Shown here one piece after another: positions 9,352 through 17,773 of a DNA stretch of 34,773 nt. Every line of letters starts with the position of its first letter. Within the stretch, counting starts at the first letter, position 1. Location of the stretch: assembly GCA_011364925.1 (NCBI GenBank), contig RDOA01000040.1:1-34773 (forward strand). Direction: 5' to 3'. The stretch comes from Promethearchaeota archaeon. Lineage in GTDB: Archaea; Asgardarchaeota; Lokiarchaeia; Sigyniarchaeales; SOKP01. A model generated the notes under the pieces. The model did no database searches. It saw nothing but the letters and a program-made list of their open reading frames with translations, and had not been told where the DNA came from. Position numbers and translations under genes: made by a program.

Positions 9352-10665
9352 TTAAACTATTTTTTTTGAAGCAGTTTTGTTTAAGGCATCTTTTAAGATT
9401 TTAATAGCGCAGAATTCCCCACACATGCTACACACATCATCATCCGCTATTCCATTACGATAATGAATCTCTCGTGATAAATCTGGATCAATTGAGTGTT
9501 TTACCATTCCTTCCCAATCGAGATTTTTTCGAGCTATATCCATTTTATAATCCCACTCTGATGCCTTTTTACCATATTTAGCGATATTTACCGCGTGGGC
9601 AGCAATTCTTGAAGCAATTACGCCTTTTTTTACTTCGTCCTTATTAGGTAATGCTAAATGTTCAGAAGGAGTGACGTAACAAAGGTAATCTGCACCAGCT
9701 AATCCTGCCATCACGCCCCCAATTGCGCTTACAATGTGATCGTATCCAGGAGCGATATCTGTAACTAAAGGTCCTAGAACATAAAAAGGAGCATGATCGC
9801 ATAATGATTTCATAATTTCTATGTTTCTTTCAATCTCATGGGCAGGGATGTGTCCTGGACCTTCAACCATTACCTGCACATTTTGCGCCCACGCTCGTTT
9901 TACTAATTTAGATATTTCTATAAGTTCTTGAATCTGTGCGTAATCTGTGGAATCAAAAATTGCTCCAGGCCTCATTCCATCGCCTAGAGACAGTGTAAAA
10001 TCGTATTGTTTAGCTAAGTCTAATAAATAATCGTAATTACGATTAAATGGATTTTCAAGATTGTTTTCGAGAATCCAAGCAGCTAAAAATGTCCCACCGC
10101 GTGAAACAACCCCCATTGTTCTTGGATGGTCTTTTAAGTAATTAACAAGATCTTTAGTTACCCCTACATGAATAGTAAAAAAGTCAACACCTTCTTTAGC
10201 TTGCTGTTCCACAACATTAAAAAGATCGTCTTCGTCAAAGTTAATAATTGCTCCTTTTTTTTCCAGAGATCTTAATGCAGATTGATAGATTGGCACCGTT
10301 CCTATAGGAACATTTATCTCATCTAAGATTTTTTTACGAATGTTATTGACATCTTCCTCGGTTACTCCCGTGCTTAAATCCATGACGGTATCTGCTCCAA
10401 ATTTTACTGCTATCTTTGCTTTTTCTAGTTCTTCCTCAATATTGCAGACCCGTTTACTAGAACCGATATTAGCGTTGATTTTTACTAATAACCCTTCCCC
10501 TATACCGATTGGAACGGTATCCCGCTGATTAGATTTTGGTATGATAATGCGTCCGTTAGCAACACCTTTGCGTACAAACTCAATATCAACTTGCTCTTTT
10601 TGAGCAACGGTTTCCATCTCTCTAGTTGTTTTTCCATCTCTCGCGGTTTTAATAAGTGTGGACAA
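9352..10665 (-). CDS. thiC: Phosphomethylpyrimidine synthase ThiC
   Basis: KINANIG, GADTVMDLST, VSRGG, SLGDGMRPG, EGPGH, APGYDH, CYVTPSEHL and CSMCGEFC 4Fe-4S motif. TTG start. Confidence 0.97.
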   Translation of the reverse strand: MSTLIKTARDGKTTREMETVAQKEQVDIEFVRKGVANGRIIIPKSNQRDTVPIGIGEGLLVKINANIGSSKRVCNIEEELEKAKIAVKFGADTVMDLSTGVTEEDVNNIRKKILDEINVPIGTVPIYQSALRSLEKKGAIINFDEDDLFNVVEQQAKEGVDFFTIHVGVTKDLVNYLKDHPRTMGVVSRGGTFLAAWILENNLENPFNRNYDYLLDLAKQYDFTLSLGDGMRPGAIFDSTDYAQIQELIEISKLVKRAWAQNVQVMVEGPGHIPAHEIERNIEIMKSLCDHAPFYVLGPLVTDIAPGYDHIVSAIGGVMAGLAGADYLCYVTPSEHLALPNKDEVKKGVIASRIAAHAVNIAKYGKKASEWDYKMDIARKNLDWEGMVKHSIDPDLSREIHYRNGIADDDVCSMCGEFCAIKILKDALNKTASKKIV

Positions 10666-10856
10666 ATCGATTAGCCTTTACTAATTAGTTTAGTATTAAT
10701 GTATCGTAAAGTAATAGTATTCTATATAAAGTAATAAAATTAGCATTAAATTCTTTCGCTTAATAAACGATAAAACAATTCGTGAAGAACTTATCAAACT
10801 CTACATTTATTACAAATTAAAAATTTCAACAATCAAAAATATAATGGGGATACTTT

Positions 10857-11753
10857 ATGGTCAGTAAACAGATGAAATATGTAATTAAAGGATTATGGTA
10901 CAGCAGAAGTCTCGAAATAAAAAAACGGGTAGAGGAACATCGGAAAGGTTTGGAAGCGATGACAGTAGGAGTTAACCTTCCTGACGATGTAGAGTCTGAA
11001 CACGTTGATATAGACGGTTTATCGGGCAAAATATTTGTTACTCCTCATTCGAGAGATGACCGGATTATTTTATTTTTACATGGTGGCGCCTACATCGCGG
11101 GATCAGTTGAAACGTCAAAATATCATTCAGTACTAATCGCTCGTCTTTCTAAAGCCCAACTACTTAATATAAATTATAGACTTGCGCCTGAACATCCCTT
11201 TCCCGCAGCTTTAGATGATGCAGTGAAAGCCTATAACTGGCTCATTGAAGAAAAGAAGTTCAGTCCTAAGAATATTGTAATTGTTGGAGTTTCAGCGGGT
11301 GGAGGATTAGCTATTGCTACCCTTTTAAAGTTAAAAGAATTAAAACTTGAATTACCTTTAGCCGCTGTATGCATCTCGCCTTGGACAGATTTAACTTTTA
11401 CAGGTGCAACTTATAATGAAAGAGCTAAGATCGATCCTTTTACATCTCCCGATAATTTAGATTTTTCTGCGAGGCTTTATGCTGGAGAAAGTGATCCCAG
11501 TAACCCTTATATTTCTCCTATTTATGGGGATCTTAAAGGTTTACCACCTCTATTTGTCATAGCGGGCACAGCTGAAATCCTATATGATGATTCGAATCGT
11601 TTAGCGGAACAGGCTAGAGTCGCAGGGGTTGAAGTGACACTAGACATATGGGAGGATATGATTCACGCTTTTCCCGTATTTGCAAGCGTTGCACCCGAGA
11701 GTAAAAGTGCTATAGAAAAAATAGGTAATTTCATTACTAATTCATTTGAGTAA
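10857..11753 (+). CDS. Alpha/beta hydrolase, HSL-family esterase/lipase
   Basis: HGGAY oxyanion motif, YRLAPEHPFPA, G(V)SAGG nucleophile elbow, catalytic E (AEIL) and H (MIHAF). Confidence 0.92.
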   Translation: MVSKQMKYVIKGLWYSRSLEIKKRVEEHRKGLEAMTVGVNLPDDVESEHVDIDGLSGKIFVTPHSRDDRIILFLHGGAYIAGSVETSKYHSVLIARLSKAQLLNINYRLAPEHPFPAALDDAVKAYNWLIEEKKFSPKNIVIVGVSAGGGLAIATLLKLKELKLELPLAAVCISPWTDLTFTGATYNERAKIDPFTSPDNLDFSARLYAGESDPSNPYISPIYGDLKGLPPLFVIAGTAEILYDDSNRLAEQARVAGVEVTLDIWEDMIHAFPVFASVAPESKSAIEKIGNFITNSFE

Positions 11754-11803
11754 ATAAAAAAAAAGTGAATTTTAAAGTTCATTATTTAAAATTGCACTAA
11801 AGT

Positions 11804-12142
11804 TTAAACATCTGGAGCAGTCATTCCAATAAGCTTATATGCTTCAGCTAAATCTAAAGTCACTTCAACCTTAAACTTAAAGCCTTCAACCTCTCTTGCT
11901 ATAAACAAACTTTGCGCTGTAGCCGCAGCTAAAGCTTCTTTTTCTTTCCCTTTGCCTATCTGGCCGATACCTACAACCATGATGTTTCCATCCTCCGCTG
12001 ATAACACAAGAATACAAAGTGTCTTATCGACTGTAGGATCTGGAGGATTGTCTTTTAACCATTCGATATACATTTTTCCCGCTTTAGCAGCTTGTTCTGG
12101 AGGGAAATAATTGCGAGTAAAAAGTAAAGTAATATCAACCAC
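11804..12142 (-). CDS. Uncharacterised ~110-aa protein, paralog 1 of a small family (probable ferredoxin-like alpha+beta fold)
   Basis: Aligns by eye with 12257..12577 and 13810..14139 (YFP..QA.KAGK.Y...K..P...; G..APDV end). Confidence 0.75.
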   Translation of the reverse strand: MVDITLLFTRNYFPPEQAAKAGKMYIEWLKDNPPDPTVDKTLCILVLSAEDGNIMVVGIGQIGKGKEKEALAAATAQSLFIAREVEGFKFKVEVTLDLAEAYKLIGMTAPDV

Positions 12143-12256
12143 CTCTTTTGATTATAATAAGATTTATTATTAGAATTTAGGTGAGAAATCATTGAACTTA
12201 AAATTATTTAAGGTTTTACATTTAAGTAAGAAAAAAAAGATTAATTTTTTAAATTA

Positions 12257-12577
12257 TTATTCCGGCGCTTCTATTCCCGCTATAGCAAGCGCTTCGTCAA
12301 AAGTTGACCAAACTCTTATAGTATATTCATATCCTTCAATACTAATGTATTCATATAAGAAACTAGACCAATATGTTAAAGCTTTTTCTAATTGTCCTTC
12401 CTTTACATCATAAATTGCCATTACGACAATTCCATTTTCATTTGTAGTAACTGGAGCACAGAGTTGGACAGCCAAATCCTCTCTTTCGGGGTATTTATCT
12501 CTTGTTTTTACCCAAATTTTGACAACTTCTAACTGTTGATGACTTGGGTATTGCATTTTAGTAATAATATAGGGCAT
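12257..12577 (-). CDS. Uncharacterised ~106-aa protein, paralog 2
   Basis: YP..Q, KYP, VKEG, EAL..AG..APE shared with paralogs 1 and 3; ATG start. Confidence 0.75.
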   Translation of the reverse strand: MPYIITKMQYPSHQQLEVVKIWVKTRDKYPEREDLAVQLCAPVTTNENGIVVMAIYDVKEGQLEKALTYWSSFLYEYISIEGYEYTIRVWSTFDEALAIAGIEAPE

Positions 12578-12674
12578 AATTTCTCGACCTTTCTATTTAG
12601 ATTTCGGTGCAAATCATGACTAGATGGCGAGATATATAAATCTTTACATTATTGTCGGAAAATTGAATGTATTA

Positions 12675-13142
12675 CTAATAACCAATTTTCAACTGCTTTA
12701 AAAGCTCAATTAATGATTCAGTTAAAGTGTAATCTTTTATTTGGGCATAGGGCACGAATTTAGCATCTAACGCGTCTGAGTTTGGAACTGGTTCTTGATT
12801 TTTATCACCTTCTACTTGTTCTACGAAGTAATTAATCAAAACATAATGATATTCAACCTTGCCCTCGTTATCATACATAATTTTATTTATTATTCCTGCA
12901 AGTTTTGATACTTTTACGATAAAACCTGTTTCTTCGTAAGCTTCTCTTTCAGCAGCGTCTTCAACTCTCTCACCGAGATCCAGATGCCCCCCCGGGATTG
13001 CCCAATACCCCGCATCTGGATCGAACTTTCTTTTTACTAACAATAGAGTATTATTTCGTGTTAACATTACGCCCACTCCAACCAAGGGAACAATGGGGTA
13101 TTGTCTTAAATCAAAGGGTTTTAAATCTTTTTTATTAACCAT
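12675..13142 (-). CDS. NUDIX hydrolase (ADP-ribose pyrophosphatase-like)
   Basis: Nudix box GGHLDLGERVEDAAEREAYEETG; P.VGVG and YHYVLI; start placed at ATG 13142. Confidence 0.9.
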   Translation of the reverse strand: MVNKKDLKPFDLRQYPIVPLVGVGVMLTRNNTLLLVKRKFDPDAGYWAIPGGHLDLGERVEDAAEREAYEETGFIVKVSKLAGIINKIMYDNEGKVEYHYVLINYFVEQVEGDKNQEPVPNSDALDAKFVPYAQIKDYTLTESLIELLKQLKIGY

Positions 13143-13229
13143 TTTCAACAAGTTTTACATGTTATTAATTATAAATACATTTGAAAGATTATAAAGATAC
13201 AAGTAAGATCAAAAACAAGTATTATCACA

Positions 13230-13721
13230 ATGGTAAGACCGTCCTATTGGCCGATTGGTGGAATGCCTTATAAATCTGAACCGTTCACTTGGATAGTCAA
13301 AGGAAAAATGGCGGCAAGTTGGTGGCCAGATCGACCAGTATTAGAGATATATAAATCCCAAGGAATTACAACAATAATTAATTGCTCTGAATTTGACAAT
13401 CGGAAGGACATTCAAGGATCGTTTCAATATTATCATTTTAGCGTACCTGATTATGGTTTACCAACAGAACAGCAAATAGACAACTTTCTAAAGATATGCG
13501 ATGAGCTCGGTGTAAAGGGCGAACCATTTGTTGTCCATTGCGTTGCAGGGTGTGGGAGAACTGGACAATTCATTGTAGCGTGGGGTGCAAAGAATGGTTA
13601 TATAACTAAAGATATGGATCCTATAAAATGGATTCGAAAGTTTAGACCATGTAGTCTTGAAACAAAGGAACAGATGGATTTTGCTCGTAAAATGGCAAAA
13701 AAATACCAAAATTTTCGATAA
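13230..13721 (+). CDS. Dual-specificity/protein-tyrosine phosphatase (Cdc14/DUSP23-like)
   Basis: VHCVAGCGRTG (HCx5R) P-loop, VPDYGLP general-acid loop, RPCSLET..Q motif. Confidence 0.9.
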   Translation: MVRPSYWPIGGMPYKSEPFTWIVKGKMAASWWPDRPVLEIYKSQGITTIINCSEFDNRKDIQGSFQYYHFSVPDYGLPTEQQIDNFLKICDELGVKGEPFVVHCVAGCGRTGQFIVAWGAKNGYITKDMDPIKWIRKFRPCSLETKEQMDFARKMAKKYQNFR

Positions 13722-13729
13722 TGTAAAGT
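13689..13729 (+). repeat. 41-bp imperfect direct repeat, copy 1 (phosphatase 3' end + stop)
   Basis: aaaatggcaaaaaaataccaaaattttcgataatgtaaagt; 36/41 identical to 14270..14310. Confidence 0.85.
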
Positions 13730-13809
13730 TATCATCAAAATTATGTTATTATTTTCATACTTGAAAATAAAAAAAAGTTTGATTTAGAGCTAATATAACG
13801 AAAACTTAT

Positions 13810-14139
13810 CTAAACATCTGGAGCCGAGAGCCCTACAAGCGGCATTGCTTCAGGTAAGTCATAATATATATCCATTGACATTTTAATATCCTCGACACCT
13901 TCAGCTAGGACAAGCAATCTCTTCGATGTGAGATCCATAGCCTCTTTGACTTTTCCCTCCTTAACAGAAGATATTGCGATTGCGTGCAATCCTTCTTTTT
14001 CTAATTTAACACCGGATAATAATATAGGTTTACTCACTGATCGATCTGCTGGGAATTTCTTCATAGCTTCAAGATAGGCTTTACCAGCTTTCTCTGCCTG
14101 TGAAGCGGGATACCAAGTTTGAGTTATAATTAATACCAT
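13810..14139 (-). CDS. Uncharacterised ~109-aa protein, paralog 3
   Basis: Start moved to ATG 14139 (GGAAGTGA RBS upstream; matches paralog length); MVLIITQTWYPASQAEKAGKAY...GLSAPDV. Confidence 0.78.
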   Translation of the reverse strand: MVLIITQTWYPASQAEKAGKAYLEAMKKFPADRSVSKPILLSGVKLEKEGLHAIAISSVKEGKVKEAMDLTSKRLLVLAEGVEDIKMSMDIYYDLPEAMPLVGLSAPDV

Positions 14140-14269
14140 ATAATTCACTTCCTTTTTAATTATATATAATACCTTGAAAGGGATTCTGGTTTCTAAAATT
14201 AGAAACACGATAAATAGAAAGCACTTTAATTTAAATTTTTACATTTTTATCAATTTGCTAAATAAGGTG

Positions 14270-14310
14270 AAAATTGCTAAAAAATATCAAAAATTCCGAT
14301 AATGTAAAGT
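14270..14310 (+). repeat. 41-bp imperfect direct repeat, copy 2 (orphan phosphatase 3'-end remnant)
   Basis: aaaattgctaaaaaatatcaaaaattccgataatgtaaagt reads KIAKKYQKFR* versus KMAKKYQNFR* in the gene. Confidence 0.85.
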
Positions 14311-14406
14311 ATTTATTGTATTATTTTTATTAGGTTAGTAAGTTTACCTAGAATACTTAAGATTAGAAGAATATAAACTAAGAAAATACAGTCGTTCAGA
14401 GCGCAT

Positions 14407-15561
14407 ATGAATAAATCTGATTATATTTATATGATTTTAGACAATGTGTTAGTCTATAACATTAATCTTCCTCCGGAATATCAAGGTGAGGGATTACACG
14501 AGCACCTTAATAAGTTTGATGAAGATAACGTAAAAATTGTTGCTGGTTTTAACAAGAATTTCTTGGAACATTTTTTAGCAGTAACTAAGGGTAAACTTCA
14601 AAAAGAAGTTAGCGATCTTTTAAAAAAGATGGAAAAGATTTCCTATATGGTCGGACCCCTTGGAAATTTGAGTTATTTAGGGAGCGATCAAGTAGAATAC
14701 ATCTTAACTAAAATAGATTCTTTTAAATTAAATGAAATTAGCGAAGAAAAAATAGGTCATATTGCTGATGAGCAGCTAAGAGAACAATTTGGAGGAACTG
14801 GAGGTTATGGCACTTCTGAAGCGTTGGAAAACCAATTAGCCAGTGCGGCGTTTTATTTAATGAACATGGGCTATTCTCAAGAAGAAATTCAAGAAAAATT
14901 TAACGAAGTGAGGGAGGATCCTACGAAATTAGAAGCGTTATTCACACTCCAACAGAGGGAAATATATAATCTACCATCAGAAATACAACCTTCTCCTCCA
15001 TCAGCTTCAGAGCGTCCACAGGAAACTTCAATAGAACAAAGTCAAGATTTGAACGAGTCAATTGCTCAACATATTAAGGATATTCATCAAGACATCACTG
15101 AAGAAAGAGCCCAAAAAGTTAATCTGATACTCGATGAAATAAAAGACTATGTAAGAGACGAGTTATCAGAGCTTCAAGAAAAAGTATTCAGACAAATGCA
15201 TCCTGATAGATTAAGCCGCGCTTTGAAAATGCTTAAAACTACGAAAAGAAAGTCAAAAAGGATGGAGTTATATATAGAATGGTTTTCCGATAGCCTACTC
15301 CTCTCAAAAATTGAGTTGAAAGTTGAGCATTGGCAGGTTTCATCGTCAGCTGATCATTCTAGCGCCGGAGTATATACCGCAGGAATAGACTTTTCGAGAT
15401 ATGATAATATTATCAAAGACTTCACAGACGCTAAACTAGCTAAAGTTGTTAACATTTGTAGACGCATATTACAAAATCCTACAAAAAGAGCGATTCAAAA
15501 ATTAGGACAAGATTTGATTTCAGAAACCGGTTTCGATGAGCATCTCTATTTTACAGATTAA
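14407..15561 (+). CDS. Hypothetical helical protein with a possible central UBA-like motif
   Basis: 384-aa ORF; LMNMGYSQEEIQ resembles the UBA MGF/MGY turn; flanked by a G-rich and a P/S-rich linker. Confidence 0.7.
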   Translation: MNKSDYIYMILDNVLVYNINLPPEYQGEGLHEHLNKFDEDNVKIVAGFNKNFLEHFLAVTKGKLQKEVSDLLKKMEKISYMVGPLGNLSYLGSDQVEYILTKIDSFKLNEISEEKIGHIADEQLREQFGGTGGYGTSEALENQLASAAFYLMNMGYSQEEIQEKFNEVREDPTKLEALFTLQQREIYNLPSEIQPSPPSASERPQETSIEQSQDLNESIAQHIKDIHQDITEERAQKVNLILDEIKDYVRDELSELQEKVFRQMHPDRLSRALKMLKTTKRKSKRMELYIEWFSDSLLLSKIELKVEHWQVSSSADHSSAGVYTAGIDFSRYDNIIKDFTDAKLAKVVNICRRILQNPTKRAIQKLGQDLISETGFDEHLYFTD

Positions 15562-15669
15562 CTCGAATTATTATCTCGGGTTGTTTTTCCTATTCTGCTA
15601 TAATATTTATATACTTTATATGTATTATCTTTAATAGTACTTCGATGACGTTAAGGAGAAAATTATAGA

Positions 15670-15864
15670 ATGCTATTATCTAAAGAATCCAAGCGTGCAC
15701 TACTTTTTTTTATTATAGTGTTATTAAAATTTGGAACTTTAGCTTTATTTATCGTTTTAATAAATATCCCTATTCCTATAGAACTATTGCTGTTCGCAGG
15801 TGTATCTTATATAGTTACAGCTGTTCTATTGGTGATTTATGTGTTCTTCCCTGAAAGAAAATAA
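15670..15864 (+). CDS. Small two-TM membrane protein
   Basis: AAGGAG RBS, ATG, two hydrophobic helices with basic ends. Confidence 0.65.
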   Translation: MLLSKESKRALLFFIIVLLKFGTLALFIVLINIPIPIELLLFAGVSYIVTAVLLVIYVFFPERK

Positions 15865-15988
15865 GTTTCTTCAATAGACGAGACCATTGAAAAAACTAAA
15901 AATCAATGTATGATACTTCCCGCGAGGGATATGTAAATAATTAAGTAAAAATTTTAATTCCAAAGGAAAGATTTGTTTAGTTTTAACT

Positions 15989-17596
15989 TTACATTTTGTA
16001 AACAGTTTTACCCCTAATTATTGTTTCTTTTACTCTTATATCTTTTATCTCATCTTTTGAAATCTTTAGGGGATTTCTATCTAAAATTGTAAAATCCGCT
16101 AGTTTTCCTATTTCTATACTTCCTTTAATATCTTCTTCAAAAGCAGCATAAGCGCCATTAATAGTGTATGTTTTTAACGCTTCTTCGATAGAGATTGATT
16201 CTTCCGGAATAAAACCTTCCCGATTTACCATTGCATGAAGGCCCAATATTGGATTTGGATCTTCAACTGGACCGTCTGAACCAGACGCTATTACTATACC
16301 AGCATCAATAAGCGATTTAAATGGATATGTAATTTTACATCTTTCTTTTCCCAATCTTTTTTCTAACCAATCGTATTCGGATAGGATAAATGCAGGTTGG
16401 CAGGAAGTAATTAATCCTAGTTTTTTAATATCTCTTATTACATCTGGAGTAAGCATGGAAGCGTGTTCTATTCTATGCCTATGATTATGTTTTGGATGCT
16501 CATCTAATAATTTCTTGTAAAGATCAACCAATAATCTATTTGCTTTATCTCCAATGGCGTGAATAGCGATTTGTAAACCTATATTATGTGCTTCCTTCAT
16601 TCGCTCGTAGAGAACATCTTCTTCAATTACACAATAACCCGAAATATCAGGTTGACTCGTAAAAGGTTTGAACATGAACGCAGTATAAGCTCCGAACGAT
16701 CCATCCAACCATGCCTTTATGCATCCTACTTTAAATTTACTAAATCTATCTCCTTCATCTAACGGTGGTTTTTTGATTTTTAAAATTTTTTTAGGATTAG
16801 CTGAGAAGTAAATTCCATAATAGTTTTGTAGAACATTCTCTTGAATTAATTTTAAAATGGGTAAGGATATTCCCCCTAAATTGTCTACCCCTCCTTTCCT
16901 ATCAAGTTCTAGAACGCCATGAATCGATGTGATCCCTTTTTCAGCTAAACTAAGGAAGAATTTATTAGCGTTCTCTTTGATAGTTTTAGCATCTGGAAGT
17001 TTTAATACACTGAGGATTAAACTAGTGGCATTCTCAGTTAATACACCAGTAATTTCACCCCTATCGTTCTTCCTTATCTCTCCTCCTACTGGAGGTATAG
17101 TCTCTTCATTTATATTTAACAATTCTAATAGGTTGCTATTTGCAATGCCAATATGGATGTCATGTCGAAAAATAAAAACCGGTTTATCTGGACACGCTTT
17201 GTCTAAGTCCCATCTAGTTGGAATCACTGGATGTTCTAGCTTTTCTTCATCTAAGTCAAAAGCAATAATTAATTCCCCAGGTTCCTTTAATTGGGATTCT
17301 TTCTTTAATAATTCTTGTATTTCCTCTAAACTTCTTACATTTTTTAGACTTGGAAAGAGTGTTAGGAATATAGAACCGATAGCGTGAATATGACAATCGA
17401 TAAATCCTGGAAGTAGTGTTGTTCCATTTAAATTGATAAATTCACAATCTTCACCCATTTTTCCTTTAACTTCATTTAATGATCCTACAGAAACAATTTT
17501 ATCTCCAAGAATTCCTACAGCTTCTGCAATAGGCATATTCTCATTGATGGTTATTATCGGTCCGCCAAAAAAGACTTTATTAATCGCACTTGTCGT
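15989..17596 (-). CDS. Metal-dependent amidohydrolase (YtcJ/Amidohydro_3 family)
   Basis: LPGFIDCHIH, DGSFG, HAIGD, HRIEHAS, GSDGP and GSIEIGKLADF. The frame extends upstream of the ATG at 17536 through INKVFFGGPIITI to a probable ACG start at 17596. Confidence 0.9.
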   Translation of the reverse strand, partial: TTSAINKVFFGGPIITINENMPIAEAVGILGDKIVSVGSLNEVKGKMGEDCEFINLNGTTLLPGFIDCHIHAIGSIFLTLFPSLKNVRSLEEIQELLKKESQLKEPGELIIAFDLDEEKLEHPVIPTRWDLDKACPDKPVFIFRHDIHIGIANSNLLELLNINEETIPPVGGEIRKNDRGEITGVLTENATSLILSVLKLPDAKTIKENANKFFLSLAEKGITSIHGVLELDRKGGVDNLGGISLPILKLIQENVLQNYYGIYFSANPKKILKIKKPPLDEGDRFSKFKVGCIKAWLDGSFGAYTAFMFKPFTSQPDISGYCVIEEDVLYERMKEAHNIGLQIAIHAIGDKANRLLVDLYKKLLDEHPKHNHRHRIEHASMLTPDVIRDIKKLGLITSCQPAFILSEYDWLEKRLGKERCKITYPFKSLIDAGIVIASGSDGPVEDPNPILGLHAMVNREGFIPEESISIEEALKTYTINGAYAAFEEDIKGSIEIGKLADFTILDRNPLKISKDEIKDIRVKETIIRGKTVYKM

Positions 17597-17773
17597 AGTA
17601 GTTCACCTTTAATGAAAATTATGCTACTTATTATAAATTGTTTTAGAGAATTAAATATTAATTCTTCTCTCTGCTACATGTTTATAAGAAAAGTTTTTAA
17701 AATCTAGAATAATTCTAGTGGATTAATTGGTTAAAAGTAAATTGACTGAGCTAAATAGATAGGCGAATAGAAT

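Noticed and set aside
10666-10856. TPP riboswitch upstream of thiC
   Set aside because: The region is AT-rich and I see no conserved UGAGA/CUGA aptamer core on the minus strand.
14140-14208. N-terminal extension of paralog 3 in the ORF track
   Set aside because: It covers promoter-like AT-rich sequence; paralog alignment and the RBS support ATG 14139.
13730-14269. Autonomous mobile element between the direct repeats
   Set aside because: No transposase, integrase or terminal inverted repeats; treated as a recombination scar only.
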